NCBI RefSeq assembly: GCF_964245575.1
Contig: NZ_CAXTNP010000005.1
Span: 899-64,898, forward strand
Direction: 5' to 3'
Source of the DNA: an uncultured Nostoc sp.
Lineage (GTDB): Bacteria > Cyanobacteriota > Cyanobacteriia > Cyanobacteriales > Nostocaceae
Length of the DNA: 64,000 nt
This document shows, in pieces, positions 28,475 to 38,025 of the stretch (its first letter is position 1; every line of letters starts with the position of its first letter). Made by a program: the position numbers and the translations under genes. The notes under the pieces were generated by a model. That model searched no databases, was not told the origin of the DNA, and saw only the letters and a list, made by a program, of their open reading frames with translations.

Positions 28475-28691
28475 CTCAAGGTGTGGTGAGTGAAGTAGGG
28501 AAAATAAAACAGTTACTGGCTAAGATAGTGAGATGAAAATGAGAACATATCTGCTGTAAAGAGTACAAAACTGAGTGATTAGCTGCATAAATCAGGGTAG
28601 TTGGAATTAAGCCAGAGATTTTAGAAGCTAGCTACTAGATCACCAAAGTCTTTACAATTCCTTTGTTAGCTCAAAAAGTATTTCTCGACCT

Positions 28692-29528
28692 ATGACGAAT
28701 CAAGCTCCTATCCCGGTTATTGTCAACGGTGCTGCTGGTAAAATGGGCCGTGAGGTGATTAAGGCGGTGGCGCAAGCGCCAGACTTAAACCTAGTGGGTG
28801 CAATTGACCACAGTTTAGAACATCAAGATAAAGACGCTGGAGAATTAGCGGGTTTAAGCGAACCCTTGGAAGTGCCAATTACCAATCAATTAGAACCGAT
28901 GTTGGGGTATGTGGCTGGCGACAGACAGTCTCCTCCAGGAGTGATTGTAGACTTTACCCATCCCGATTCAGTTTATGACAATATTCGTAGTGCGATCGCC
29001 TACGGTATTCGTCCTGTAGTCGGCACCACTGGGTTAAGCCCAGAACAAATTCAAGACTTGGCAGACTTTGCCGACAAAGCTAGCACTGGTTGTCTAATTA
29101 TTCCTAACTTTTCCATTGGCATGGTGCTATTACAACAAGCCGCGATCGCAGCCTCCAAATATTTTGACCATGTGGAAATTATCGAACTGCATCATAACCA
29201 AAAAGCTGATGCTCCAAGTGGTACTGCCATTCAAACGGCGCAGTTATTAGGAGAATTGGGTAAAACTTTTAACCCTGCTCTTGTAGAAGAAACGGAGAAA
29301 TTACCAGGAGCAAGGGGTAGTATAGCAGATGAAGGGATTAGAATTCATAGCGTGCGCTTACCAGGATTGATTGCTCATCAAGAAGTTATTTTTGGCGCAG
29401 CAGGACAGATTTATACTTTACGACATGATACGAGCGATCGCGCTTGTTATATGCCAGGAGTGCTACTAGCGATTCGCAAAATCTTAGCGCTAAAGTCGTT
29501 AGTATATGGATTAGAAAAGATCCTTTAA
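28692..29528 (+). CDS. dapB: 4-hydroxy-tetrahydrodipicolinate reductase
   Basis: 278 aa. NAD-binding motif VNGAAGKMG and catalytic region [15 protein letters not shown]. Confidence 0.95.
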   Translation: MTNQAPIPVIVNGAAGKMGREVIKAVAQAPDLNLVGAIDHSLEHQDKDAGELAGLSEPLEVPITNQLEPMLGYVAGDRQSPPGVIVDFTHPDSVYDNIRSAIAYGIRPVVGTTGLSPEQIQDLADFADKASTGCLIIPNFSIGMVLLQQAAIAASKYFDHVEIIELHHNQKADAPSGTAIQTAQLLGELGKTFNPALVEETEKLPGARGSIADEGIRIHSVRLPGLIAHQEVIFGAAGQIYTLRHDTSDRACYMPGVLLAIRKILALKSLVYGLEKIL

Positions 29529-29546
29529 ACATACTATTCAGGACTC

Positions 29547-30233
29547 ATGTTAGTACCACTAACTCGCCAGAAATTTGAACAAGTTATCCCCCTAATTGCC
29601 ACTGGTTTGCAGTACAAGTACTACTGGGGGAAGTTCTCAAATTTTTTGCAACGGCTGTTAATTTCTGTAGTTGCCGTAGTTGTTATTTTGCTTGTGACAA
29701 TCATTTTTAGGCTTGAGTTTGCTTCAATAGTATTTGTGCTGGGGGTAATTAGCGCTTTTTTTTGGCTGTGGTATCCAGTGTTTCAAGCAAGTATGCGGAA
29801 TTTGCAATGCCGCCGTTATAAGTATGGCGGCTTTTTCCGTGGTCGAGTGCTAGATTGGTGGATTACAGACCAGTTGATGGGTAAAACTGAAACAGTCAAC
29901 AGCAAAGGCGAATTGGTGATTGTAGAAAATCGAGAAAAACAGATTAACTTAGAGGTGGGTGATGAAACAGGATTTAGTATTGAGTTTGTAGCACCATTAC
30001 GTCCTGCCCACAAAGTTATTACTCGTGGTCAAATTGCAGAAATGGTAGTGATGTCAAATCGCCCAGATTTGAGCAGTATTGAAGAATTCAGCGATATATA
30101 CTTTCCTAGCAGTGACCTGTGGGTTAGCGATTATCCTTATCTACGGCGAGACTTCTTTAACGAAGTTGGTCGCCGCTTGCGTGAAGACCAACAACAAAAG
30201 CCACGTCGGCGGCGTCGTAGCACAGAAGAGTAA
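29547..30233 (+). CDS. Hypothetical membrane protein with a basic C-terminal tail
   Basis: 228 aa with two TM helices. Lies 18 bp downstream of dapB. Confidence 0.55.
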   Translation: MLVPLTRQKFEQVIPLIATGLQYKYYWGKFSNFLQRLLISVVAVVVILLVTIIFRLEFASIVFVLGVISAFFWLWYPVFQASMRNLQCRRYKYGGFFRGRVLDWWITDQLMGKTETVNSKGELVIVENREKQINLEVGDETGFSIEFVAPLRPAHKVITRGQIAEMVVMSNRPDLSSIEEFSDIYFPSSDLWVSDYPYLRRDFFNEVGRRLREDQQQKPRRRRRSTEE

Positions 30234-30366
30234 ACTAGTCAGCAATCAAAAGATTTACGAACGGCATAATCTAGGCTCCTTGCTCGCCACTAATTAACAA
30301 AAATATCTGGATCTTAAATATTTTAAAATAGTATTTGCCATAAAGAGTCCAATAGAGCCGACGTTC

Positions 30367-30996
30367 CTAACTCCCCCGATTTCCATCTTGTCCATAGGCT
30401 TGCCAAGCCAAGTCTACCAATCCATCAACGATCGCAGCTGCTACAACTGCATTACCTTTGCGGCTATCAATTGTAATGTGAGGCACTAAGGAGTCTTGTA
30501 AGCGCCTCTTCGCTTCATCAACATCTACAAATCCCACTGGAGTAGCAATTATCAAAGCAGGTCTAATTTCCTCAGCTTCAATTAAATCCACCAGTGCTGT
30601 TAGTGCTGTTTGCGCTTGGCCCACCACAAAAATGCCCTCTGGATAACGCTTTGCTAAGGTTTCTATTCCCCATGCTGCCCGAGTTTTTTCTTTTTGAGGA
30701 CGTGTCAGAGCTTCCATGCTGCAATACAGGGGATTGGCAAAGGTGTTTTGAATCTCGTAGGCAATACCTACTTGCACCATCGGGACATCTACCACAATTG
30801 TGGTACGCGCGGCTAGTGCTGCTGCTCCTGCTTGCAAGGCACGCTCAGAGAAACGAATCAAATACTTATACTCAAAGTCAGCTGTAGAGTATATTACCCG
30901 ACGCACAATTTCATACTCTGCGGGTGAAAAAACATGATTTTCAATTTCACTATCAATGATTGCTAAACTTTGAGCATCAGTTACGTGCCATTCCAT
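30367..30996 (-). CDS. cobH: Precorrin-8X methylmutase
   Basis: The likely start is MEWHV at 30996. RRVIYSTADFEY...VVDVPMVQVGI matches the CobH/CbiC pattern. Confidence 0.8.
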   Translation of the reverse strand: MEWHVTDAQSLAIIDSEIENHVFSPAEYEIVRRVIYSTADFEYKYLIRFSERALQAGAAALAARTTIVVDVPMVQVGIAYEIQNTFANPLYCSMEALTRPQKEKTRAAWGIETLAKRYPEGIFVVGQAQTALTALVDLIEAEEIRPALIIATPVGFVDVDEAKRRLQDSLVPHITIDSRKGNAVVAAAIVDGLVDLAWQAYGQDGNRGS

Positions 30997-31100
30997 TTTT
31001 GTTGAGCTTCTCAAATATTAGCTTTCAGCTTATCAGCTTCAGAGAGTCAGGAGTTAGGAGTTAAAAATTATAAGTTAATTAAAAACTCATAACTCAGCAC

Positions 31101-31949
31101 TCATAATTCATTACTGGAAGAAGACCGACTGAAAACAGGAGATAGGTAAGCAACCAAGACACCAATAAGAAACCCAGAGATATTGCGAACTAGAGGTAAC
31201 CAGTCGCTTGTGCGTGTCACTACTGGCCCAATGCCAAAAGCAAGAAACAAGATTCCCCACAAAGGTGAGAAAATTAAAGCCCATTGCCAAGCGAAAACTT
31301 GTCCTTTCTCGCGGGGTTGAGCTGCAAATCCACAAATCACCCCACCAATAATTGAGGTAATCAAGGTGAGAATCCATTGCTCTCGTGGCAGTCCGGGGAC
31401 AACATTGCAACCACCTTTGAGCAAACAGCCTTTAACCGATTCTAAGGCTTGCAGAATCGCTTGGTCTTCGCCTTGTTCGCGGACAAAGTACAAGTTACCG
31501 AAGCGGGTTTGCAGTTCTATCCAGAACGTCCGGGGTAAAAGTTCATAAACAGCATCGCCAACGCTAAAACTGAGGATGTTACCGCCACGAGAATCGGCAA
31601 CTAGTAGAATGCTTTTGTCATCCAAACCCCAATATTTTATAACTGCCCGACCTGGGGTGCGGTCATACTGGGTCAATACTCGCAGTTTCCAGCCCGTATC
31701 GGCTTCAAACTGCTCTAAATCTTTGACAAGCTTTTCTTCTTGCTGCACAGGAAGAGATTTTGCTAAGTCTACAACTGGGGTAAAGGTGCTAGGAAGTAAG
31801 TCAGGATTGTCGTAAGCCAGTGCTGGGGGAGAATGCATGACCCAAATTGACCCAGCCAGGAAAAATACTGCAATGGATACCAGAATTCGTCGCCAAAAAC
31901 AAGATTGCATAGACGTTTTTATACAAATATCAACGGTAAAAGCGAACAA
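31101..31949 (-). CDS. TPM-domain protein (Psb32/TLP18.3-like) with a C-terminal multi-TM extension
   Basis: 282 aa. Signal/TM segment, then a TPM-like region (VVDLAKSLP..QEEKL...LEQFEADTGWKLRVLTQ), then 3-4 TM helices. Confidence 0.65.
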   Translation of the reverse strand: MFAFTVDICIKTSMQSCFWRRILVSIAVFFLAGSIWVMHSPPALAYDNPDLLPSTFTPVVDLAKSLPVQQEEKLVKDLEQFEADTGWKLRVLTQYDRTPGRAVIKYWGLDDKSILLVADSRGGNILSFSVGDAVYELLPRTFWIELQTRFGNLYFVREQGEDQAILQALESVKGCLLKGGCNVVPGLPREQWILTLITSIIGGVICGFAAQPREKGQVFAWQWALIFSPLWGILFLAFGIGPVVTRTSDWLPLVRNISGFLIGVLVAYLSPVFSRSSSSNEL

Positions 31950-32118
31950 GTTGTTTTAAAAGAGTAGTGGAAAAGTGATGCTTCTTTACACTTGTTTACT
32001 TTACTCTAATCTAAGGGATCAAAGCAAAGCGTTTTTAAGGAGTGGGGATTGGGAGTGGCATTCGTGATAAGTAAAGATAAAGTCCATTTTGTCAATCAGT
32101 TAAAATACTTTATTTTAA

Positions 32119-32201
32119 TGAAAATGATAATCGTGGATGGTGAGAGGTGTAGCAGGCAGTTGTCGCATACCTCCTACCCCTCTTTTTAATTATCATTATC
32201 G
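32119..32201. promoter_or_regulatory. Inverted pair of Fur/Zur-like AT-rich boxes (TGAAAAT-G-ATAATCG and TAATTAT-C-ATTATCG) separated by 53 nt
   Basis: Each box matches about 11/14 of TGATAATNATTATCA. The two are also inverted repeats of each other, so a hairpin or MITE is an alternative reading. Confidence 0.25.
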
Positions 32202-32283
32202 TCAAAGTTGAGAACAACTCAAAATTGACTAAGCCATAGCGGAGTTCCCCATACAATAAAAGGGGAATGATTATAGGTGAGAG

Positions 32284-32397
32284 ATGACTAACAAAGAATT
32301 ATTAATTCGAGAAATAGAAAATTTACCGCCGGAGTTGCTAACAGAAGCACTCGATTTGATCCGTTCTATTAAGGTTAACTATACAAACTGGATATAA
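32284..32397 (+). CDS. 37-aa DUF2281-like antitoxin N-terminal fragment (below the ORF-track cutoff)
   Basis: MTNKELLIREIENLPPELLTEALDLIRSIKVNYTNWI has the same ...LPxExxxEvLDFI pattern as the N-terminus of the 42926 antitoxin. No partner toxin is present. Confidence 0.35.
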   Translation: MTNKELLIREIENLPPELLTEALDLIRSIKVNYTNWI

Positions 32398-32685
32398 ATA
32401 TTTGCCAAACTCACACAAATTGACAACATTACGAGTGCGAATGTAGCCTTTATCAAAACTGCGATATCCGCTAAGTTTTGCAAATACAAATAAATCTCCT
32501 ATTGAACTGTCCCAAGATTTATATTGGCTATTCACGCTATCTACAAATTTGCGAACAACTTCGTATGTACTTGGTTCCTGACAAAAATTTGGAAACAAGC
32601 ACATTTATCCTAAAAAGATGGCTTCATTAAAATATGCTTCAGCCGTTTTCCCAAATTGCGGAATACAATGCCAAAGTTTATCCAT
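32338..32685 (-). pseudogene. Unknown gene interrupted by an in-frame TAA
   Basis: Track ORFs 32605-32835 and 32338-32604 are in the same frame, separated only by TAA at 32605-32607 with an ATG directly after it. The upstream part overlaps the real gene 32780-33319, so a start at MDKLWHC (32685) is more plausible. Confidence 0.3.
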
Positions 32686-32779
32686 AAACAAAAAAAATCG
32701 CTTTTTTTTAAGCTGATAAAATAGCACGTTTTGACACCGTAACAAGGAAGATAAGCAAAGCCCCACGCCCTTTTTTTGG

Positions 32780-33319
32780 TCAATCTTCATCATTGAAATT
32801 GTTTTCCCAGCTTGCGGCATCGTTATAACCGTCATTAACGCGGTATACTTCTGCTTTGCTTTGGTGATTTTCTTGCTTTAGCACTTCCCGTTCTCGCAAC
32901 GTTAGTGGTGGTTTTTCATTGCTTGGCAAGTGATCGCCTGTTCGCCTTGTGGGTTTTTGGTGCGTGAATTTTCTCCAAGCAGCTTTCGCGCCAACAAAGA
33001 TGCTGCGTGTACCTACTTGCAGATTTTGAGCCTGAATTCTTGCACTATCAAGGCTTTGATCGACTTGTTTCACGACTTTACTAGCACTTTTTACACCTTC
33101 ACTGACATCATCAGTTAAGTCAGTGATTTCCAAACCAGTCACACGGATAGCTTCTAGAGTGGGCGGTAACTCCCGCGAGAGTGTATCAAATAGCTTTTCT
33201 GCACTACGAGCAGCGCGTGCTAACTCCTGCAAAGCAGGTATTGCCGCCACTAAAACCGCAGTCAAACTTGTGGCGACTAAGAGTAAAGAAAGTCCCAACC
33301 AAAACAGGGGGTCAATCAC
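32780..33319 (-). CDS. DUF948-like membrane-anchored protein
   Basis: 179 aa. N-terminal TM helix plus a helical region (LQELARAARSAEKLFDTLSRELPPTLEAIR). Paired with the YtxH gene. Confidence 0.65.
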   Translation of the reverse strand: MIDPLFWLGLSLLLVATSLTAVLVAAIPALQELARAARSAEKLFDTLSRELPPTLEAIRVTGLEITDLTDDVSEGVKSASKVVKQVDQSLDSARIQAQNLQVGTRSIFVGAKAAWRKFTHQKPTRRTGDHLPSNEKPPLTLREREVLKQENHQSKAEVYRVNDGYNDAASWENNFNDED

Positions 33320-33330
33320 GGTTATGTCAT

Positions 33331-33681
33331 TTATGAGCGTTCTAATTGCTGGGGAAGAGAATCTGAGTCTTCAACAGATGTTTGCCGCTTCAAGACTTGG
33401 CTTTCTCGCTGACTGGCATCTACACCTGCTGCGATCGCTTCCTGTAATCTATCTAAAGTATCATCCCAGTTTCGTAAGGCGATCGCAGAAAGACGATCTG
33501 CCTGGATTTGCACACTCGTTGATAAATCTTCTGCCAATTCTGGGATAGCATTAGCAGATTTTTTCAAAATTTTACGCGTTTCGCGCCCTGTGCGGGGAGC
33601 TACGAGCAAACCGGTCAAAGCACCGATGGTAGCTCCCAGCATCAAACCGCCAAAAAATACTCCAGAACGGTTATTAGACAT
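33331..33681 (-). CDS. YtxH-domain protein
   Basis: 116 aa. GGLMLGATIGALTGLLVAPRTGRETR is the YtxH signature. Confidence 0.75.
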   Translation of the reverse strand: MSNNRSGVFFGGLMLGATIGALTGLLVAPRTGRETRKILKKSANAIPELAEDLSTSVQIQADRLSAIALRNWDDTLDRLQEAIAAGVDASQRESQVLKRQTSVEDSDSLPQQLERS

Positions 33682-33917
33682 CTTGTTATTTCTCTCCTTA
33701 CACCTATTTTAGGTGGGTTTTCTCTCCTTGTAAGACTGCACCGATTTTATTCAGTTAATCTATCGTGACAAAATATCAGCCAAAAATGTTGCTTTTATTC
33801 ATTAAAATATCAAAACCACTAATTACTTATAATTCAAAACTCACGGCGTCCCCGTCTCAACGTGTCACCGCGTCCCTGTGTCAGCCCTAATTATAAATGT
33901 TCATGTGTTGACATAAC

Positions 33918-34253
33918 TCATTTTCCAACAGTTCTTTTCCCTGGTGTTAACTCTAGCCTACGAAAATAACGCTGCCAGATTTGCTGTCCTAGCAAAAGTA
34001 GACTGATAATTTGCCGCACTTGTTGGATTTGCATTTGTAGCGCTTGATTTCTCTGCCGTAAATTATAAATATTCTCCTGACTGAGATAAATATTTTCGGG
34101 TGCTTTATTCAGTGCTGCATGGGTACAACTTTCATAGACGGTTAAACTATCTGCTATGTATGCTAGCTGTCGCTTGAGTTGCCCCACCCGCCAAGCCACA
34201 TAGAGTAGTATCAGCGAAATGAGGGTGTTAACGAGGATAACTAAAATTACCAT
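33918..34253 (-). CDS. Hypothetical single-TM protein
   Basis: 111 aa with an N-terminal TM helix followed by a helical Gln-rich region. Confidence 0.45.
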   Translation of the reverse strand: MVILVILVNTLISLILLYVAWRVGQLKRQLAYIADSLTVYESCTHAALNKAPENIYLSQENIYNLRQRNQALQMQIQQVRQIISLLLLGQQIWQRYFRRLELTPGKRTVGK

Positions 34254-35007
34254 TGTTTATCTTTACCAATATCAGTTTTGAGGAATTGTTCTATATACTT
34301 GACTTGGCTGTTAATTTAATGATGAAGAAACTAAAGGATAAAAATTATGGTATAAAGTACAGCCGGGATTATGGCAAGAAAGAACAGTTAGATGATGCTC
34401 TGAGCGTTATTGAAAGGCTTTAGTTGGTGTAAATTCGTGTAAGAAAGGCTGATGGCTAAAAAATCGCCAATTCGCCAATTTTATAACAACTATATGCCCA
34501 CACCTCGCAAAACCACAGCTACAATTGCCTTAGATTCACGACTCGGGAAGGCGAAATCAACCCGTATGCTCAATCAGCTCCAGCATTACTACGTTCCACT
34601 CCAAAACCTGATAATCCTAGACAATTTGCGACCTTTGTGGAATGTAAGCACAATGGTATAGCCCCTTCAACAGACGGTGAGAGAACTACACTACACTCTT
34701 TACCGGAGGCTCCCCAGCATCACCTTTATTATTGTGCTTTTACTTCTACCTGTTTTCCAGTCTGTCGCGTGAACTTAACTAACATTTTGCCTGCAAAAAC
34801 CTCACTTGGGGTTCACCAAGCAAAAATTGCTGGATGTGCAATGGGCAAAGGAGAGAGTCTATTAATTCCTCTTCTCTTAAAAAGGCTTGCTCTAATTCCC
34901 TCCTTGTTAAAAAGGGTTAGGGACGATCAAGCCTTAACCCAAGCGTATTGCCTTTAAACTCTTCCTTGTTGAAGGCTTCCACCTGGTATTTCACTAATCC
35001 GCTTACT

Positions 35008-35022
35008 GATAATGATTATTTT
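35008..35022. promoter_or_regulatory. Zur-type operator TGATAAT-G-ATTATTT
   Basis: 13/15 match to the 7-1-7 palindrome TGATAATNATTATCA. It ends 27 nt upstream of the ATG of the ZnuA-like gene. Confidence 0.55.
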
Positions 35023-35048
35023 TTCTATACATCCAGTAGGAGTTTAGG

Positions 35049-36041
35049 ATGTCAAAAAAATTACCATCAACTAATTCCTTCCGAGCTATTCTTGTTGCCT
35101 TGACGATTGGATTTGTTGGGTGTGGAACTCAAACTGCAAGAACTGCATTCACTCAGACTACCACTCAGGTAAATGAAAATCTTCCCAGAGTCGTTGCAAC
35201 TACAAGTGTATTATGTGACTTAACCAAACAAGTTGCCGGAAATACAGTTAACCTCACCTGCTTAATTGACCCTAGTGCCAACCCCCAATTTTATAAACCA
35301 AAGCCGGAAGATCGTAGAGCCATTGAGCAAGCTAATCTTATTCTCTATAGTGGCTATAATTTAGAACCAAATCTGATCAAATTAATTAAAGTGACTAAAA
35401 ACACTGCACCGAAAATAGCCGTTGGTCAACTTGCGGTGTCTAAGCCACAAAAATTTCAGAAAGGGGGCAAGAATGTAACTAATCCTCATCTTTGGCACAA
35501 TACTAAGAATACTATCAGGATGGTGGAGGTAATTAATAGTAACCTGAGAAAATTAGAATCTAGCGAAGCGGAGGCTTATACCAGCAATACCAAAAGAATC
35601 ACAAATGAACTCACTCAACTAGATAGCTGGATTAAGTCAAGAATTGCCAGTATTCCTCCCAAAGAACGCAAGTTAGTTACAACCTCTAATGCACTGAGTT
35701 ATTACACCAAAGCATACGGTATTCCATTAGCTGGGGGATTACAAGGTATTAGTAGTAGCGAAAACCTCACAGATGCAAGAGTGAAAAATTTGGTTACAAA
35801 TATTAAACTGGCTAAAGTATCAACAATTTTCCCTGAGGCGGCAACTAACCCTAATTTGCTTCAATCTGTAGCAAGAGTTGCTGAAGTGAAAATTTCTGAG
35901 AGGAAGTTGTATGCTGAGGGACTTGGTGAACCAGGAAGCGAGGCGGACACTTATCAGAAAATGATGATTGCCAATACACGCACAATTGTAGAAGGGTTAG
36001 GAGGGACATATTTAATGTTTGAAGCGAAATCTGCTCAGTAG
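35049..36041 (+). CDS. Metal ABC transporter substrate-binding lipoprotein (ZnuA/TroA family), solitary
   Basis: 330 aa. Lipobox IGFVGC. TroA-type pattern: VVATTSVLCDL, NPHLWHN and the C-terminal lobe. No permease or ATPase gene is adjacent. Confidence 0.8.
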   Translation: MSKKLPSTNSFRAILVALTIGFVGCGTQTARTAFTQTTTQVNENLPRVVATTSVLCDLTKQVAGNTVNLTCLIDPSANPQFYKPKPEDRRAIEQANLILYSGYNLEPNLIKLIKVTKNTAPKIAVGQLAVSKPQKFQKGGKNVTNPHLWHNTKNTIRMVEVINSNLRKLESSEAEAYTSNTKRITNELTQLDSWIKSRIASIPPKERKLVTTSNALSYYTKAYGIPLAGGLQGISSSENLTDARVKNLVTNIKLAKVSTIFPEAATNPNLLQSVARVAEVKISERKLYAEGLGEPGSEADTYQKMMIANTRTIVEGLGGTYLMFEAKSAQ

Positions 36042-36062
36042 TTAGAACCTCAATTGATTAAT

Positions 36063-36105
36063 CTGATAAACCGACTTTTTTATTACATAAAATTCGGTTT
36101 ATCAG
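36063..36105. terminator. Bidirectional stem-loop between convergent genes
   Basis: CTGATAAACCGA ... TCGGTTTATCAG gives a perfect 12-bp stem with a 19-nt loop, followed by CCTCTTTTG. Confidence 0.5.
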
Positions 36106-36134
36106 CCTCTTTTGTTAAAATGAAAATGGGAATG

Positions 36135-36668
36135 CTATTTGTCTTTTAATCTGATATCAATAACAGTTGCATTGAAGTTATAGTTAAAGCCTTCTAACTC
36201 AAATGGCATTCCAATTTTAACTTTACTGTTACCGAGAACCGGGCCATTATCAGTTAACTGGGCTTTGCCATCTAAAGTCAAAATCAAATCTGTACTAAAA
36301 TTGTTGCTTTTTGGATCTGGTAATTCTTTAACAGTACCATCAGGTTGGGGAATATTGATTGTTCTAGGTAGCTGTTGAACGGATTTAATCTCAATCTGTC
36401 CGTAGGGTTGATTGCGGATAATCACATTAGTTTTTCCGCCTTTTTTGAATCCGTTATTGAATAATTGTTCCGGGTCACGGACATTCAAACCACGAACTAC
36501 TAAGTCTACTTCTATGGGTACTGTTTTCGCACCGACTTGGGCAACAGAACCAGAAGTGCCAGGAAAGATAAAGATGCCAAATATAACTAGCAGAATTACT
36601 AGTGCAGCACCTAAATCTAAGAGGTTGATTTTGCCGAACAAGCGACCTTTTGAATCTAAAATAGCCAT
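36135..36668 (-). CDS. DUF4330-like protein
   Basis: 177 aa. MAILDSKGRLFGKINLLDLGAALVILLV matches the N-terminus typical of this cyanobacterial family, as I recall it. Confidence 0.65.
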   Translation of the reverse strand: MAILDSKGRLFGKINLLDLGAALVILLVIFGIFIFPGTSGSVAQVGAKTVPIEVDLVVRGLNVRDPEQLFNNGFKKGGKTNVIIRNQPYGQIEIKSVQQLPRTINIPQPDGTVKELPDPKSNNFSTDLILTLDGKAQLTDNGPVLGNSKVKIGMPFELEGFNYNFNATVIDIRLKDK

Positions 36669-37062
36669 AAAAAGTTTTCCGAGGTAATAGCGAAGTAATT
36701 GATTGTAGCAAGAAGGTTTTGAATGGGAATAGCAATTTTCCCTATTTGGTAATAAAGGAAAAGCGGCTGGGCATTGCGGTTATGCGACAGTTTATCACGA
36801 GTTCGGAAGTTCGCAAGGGTGGCAGCTAACCCTCAAACTTTTGCCTGTTAAGACTGACACACCCAAAATAGTAATATCTAGTGTTTAAGCCTATTTCAAG
36901 AGGGAATCTCTAACCAGCGCAATTCGGTAGATTTGCCTAAACATTAGCTGTATAACAACTCCTTTGGTCTTGATTTAAGAATGCAACTTAGAATACTCTA
37001 AATCCGTCTCATAATTTGTCCCATCATTTTATGTTCTCCCAAAATAATCTTCAGAGCGTATT

Positions 37063-37926
37063 ATGTTCAACTGGAAAAGTTTTGTTGCAAATTACCGTGT
37101 GTGGCGGCGTAGCTGGTTTTATCCTTTAATTTCAGTGATAGTTGCCTTGAGTCTGTGCCTGAGTACACCGTTACCTGGAAGAACTTTAGACTTTTTGCCT
37201 CTTCTACTCCAAGGAGTTCAGGCATTTCAGCTTTCTAATATGTCCCCTCGCCAGGAAGTTGATCTGGGTAAGCAGATTAATCAAGAATTAGTAGGCAGTG
37301 AAGTGCGGCTTTACCGGAATCCAGAAGTTAATCGCTATGTGGAACAAGTTGGTCGGCGTTTAGCAGCTAATAGCGATCGCCCCGATCTCCCCTATACTTT
37401 CCAAGTAGTTCAGGATGACAGTATTAATGCTTTTGCTACCTTGGGCGGCTATGTATATGTCCATACGGGTTTGCTGAAAACCGCAGACAATGAAGCGGAA
37501 CTAGCAAGTGTACTCGCCCATGAAATTGGTCACATTGGCGGTAAACACGTAGTTAAACAGATGCAGCAAAAAGCGCTCGAAAGTGGTCTATTAACAGCAG
37601 CTGGCTTAGACCGGAATACGGCGGTGCAAATTGGTGTACAGTTAGCGCGAGACTTGCCACGCAGTCGTAACAATGAATTTGAGGCTGATCAAAGAGGGTT
37701 AAGAACTTTGACACGGACTGGTTACGCCCAGTCTGCAATGGTTTCCTTTATGCAAAAGCTGCTGAAAAAGGGTGGTTCTGCCCCGACATTTTTGAGTACG
37801 CACCCCGGAACGAGCGATCGCATTGATGCCCTCAGACGTGCAATTAACTCTCAACCTAGTAAGGGAAATTACGGCTTGGATAAGGCTAGTTATAAAGCTA
37901 AGATTCGACTATTAGTAAGGTCTTGA
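37063..37926 (+). CDS. M48-family zinc metallopeptidase
   Basis: 287 aa. HEIGH zinc motif (AHEIGHIGGKH) and a downstream EFEAD. Confidence 0.85.
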   Translation: MFNWKSFVANYRVWRRSWFYPLISVIVALSLCLSTPLPGRTLDFLPLLLQGVQAFQLSNMSPRQEVDLGKQINQELVGSEVRLYRNPEVNRYVEQVGRRLAANSDRPDLPYTFQVVQDDSINAFATLGGYVYVHTGLLKTADNEAELASVLAHEIGHIGGKHVVKQMQQKALESGLLTAAGLDRNTAVQIGVQLARDLPRSRNNEFEADQRGLRTLTRTGYAQSAMVSFMQKLLKKGGSAPTFLSTHPGTSDRIDALRRAINSQPSKGNYGLDKASYKAKIRLLVRS

Positions 37927-37986
37927 GGGTATTAGGCAATTGGCATTGGGTATTCTCCTTGTCTCCCTCATCCCCCTCAACTCCAC

Positions 37987-38011
37987 ACTCCCCACTCCCC
38001 ACTCCCCACTC
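37987..38011. repeat. STRR heptamer tract (ACTCCCC x3.5)
   Basis: Read directly from the sequence. Confidence 0.8.
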
Positions 38012-38025
38012 ATCTCGAATATTGC

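Noticed and set aside
34254-35007. ORFs 34452-34661 and 34637-34957, and a 34-codon ORF at 34319-34423, in the 790-bp region upstream of the ZnuA-like gene.
   Set aside because: They have no ribosome-binding sites and no recognisable motifs, and they overlap each other. Part of the region (about 34895-34925) is a repeat related to the sequence at 47697-47730. I treat it as non-coding leader or repeat DNA.
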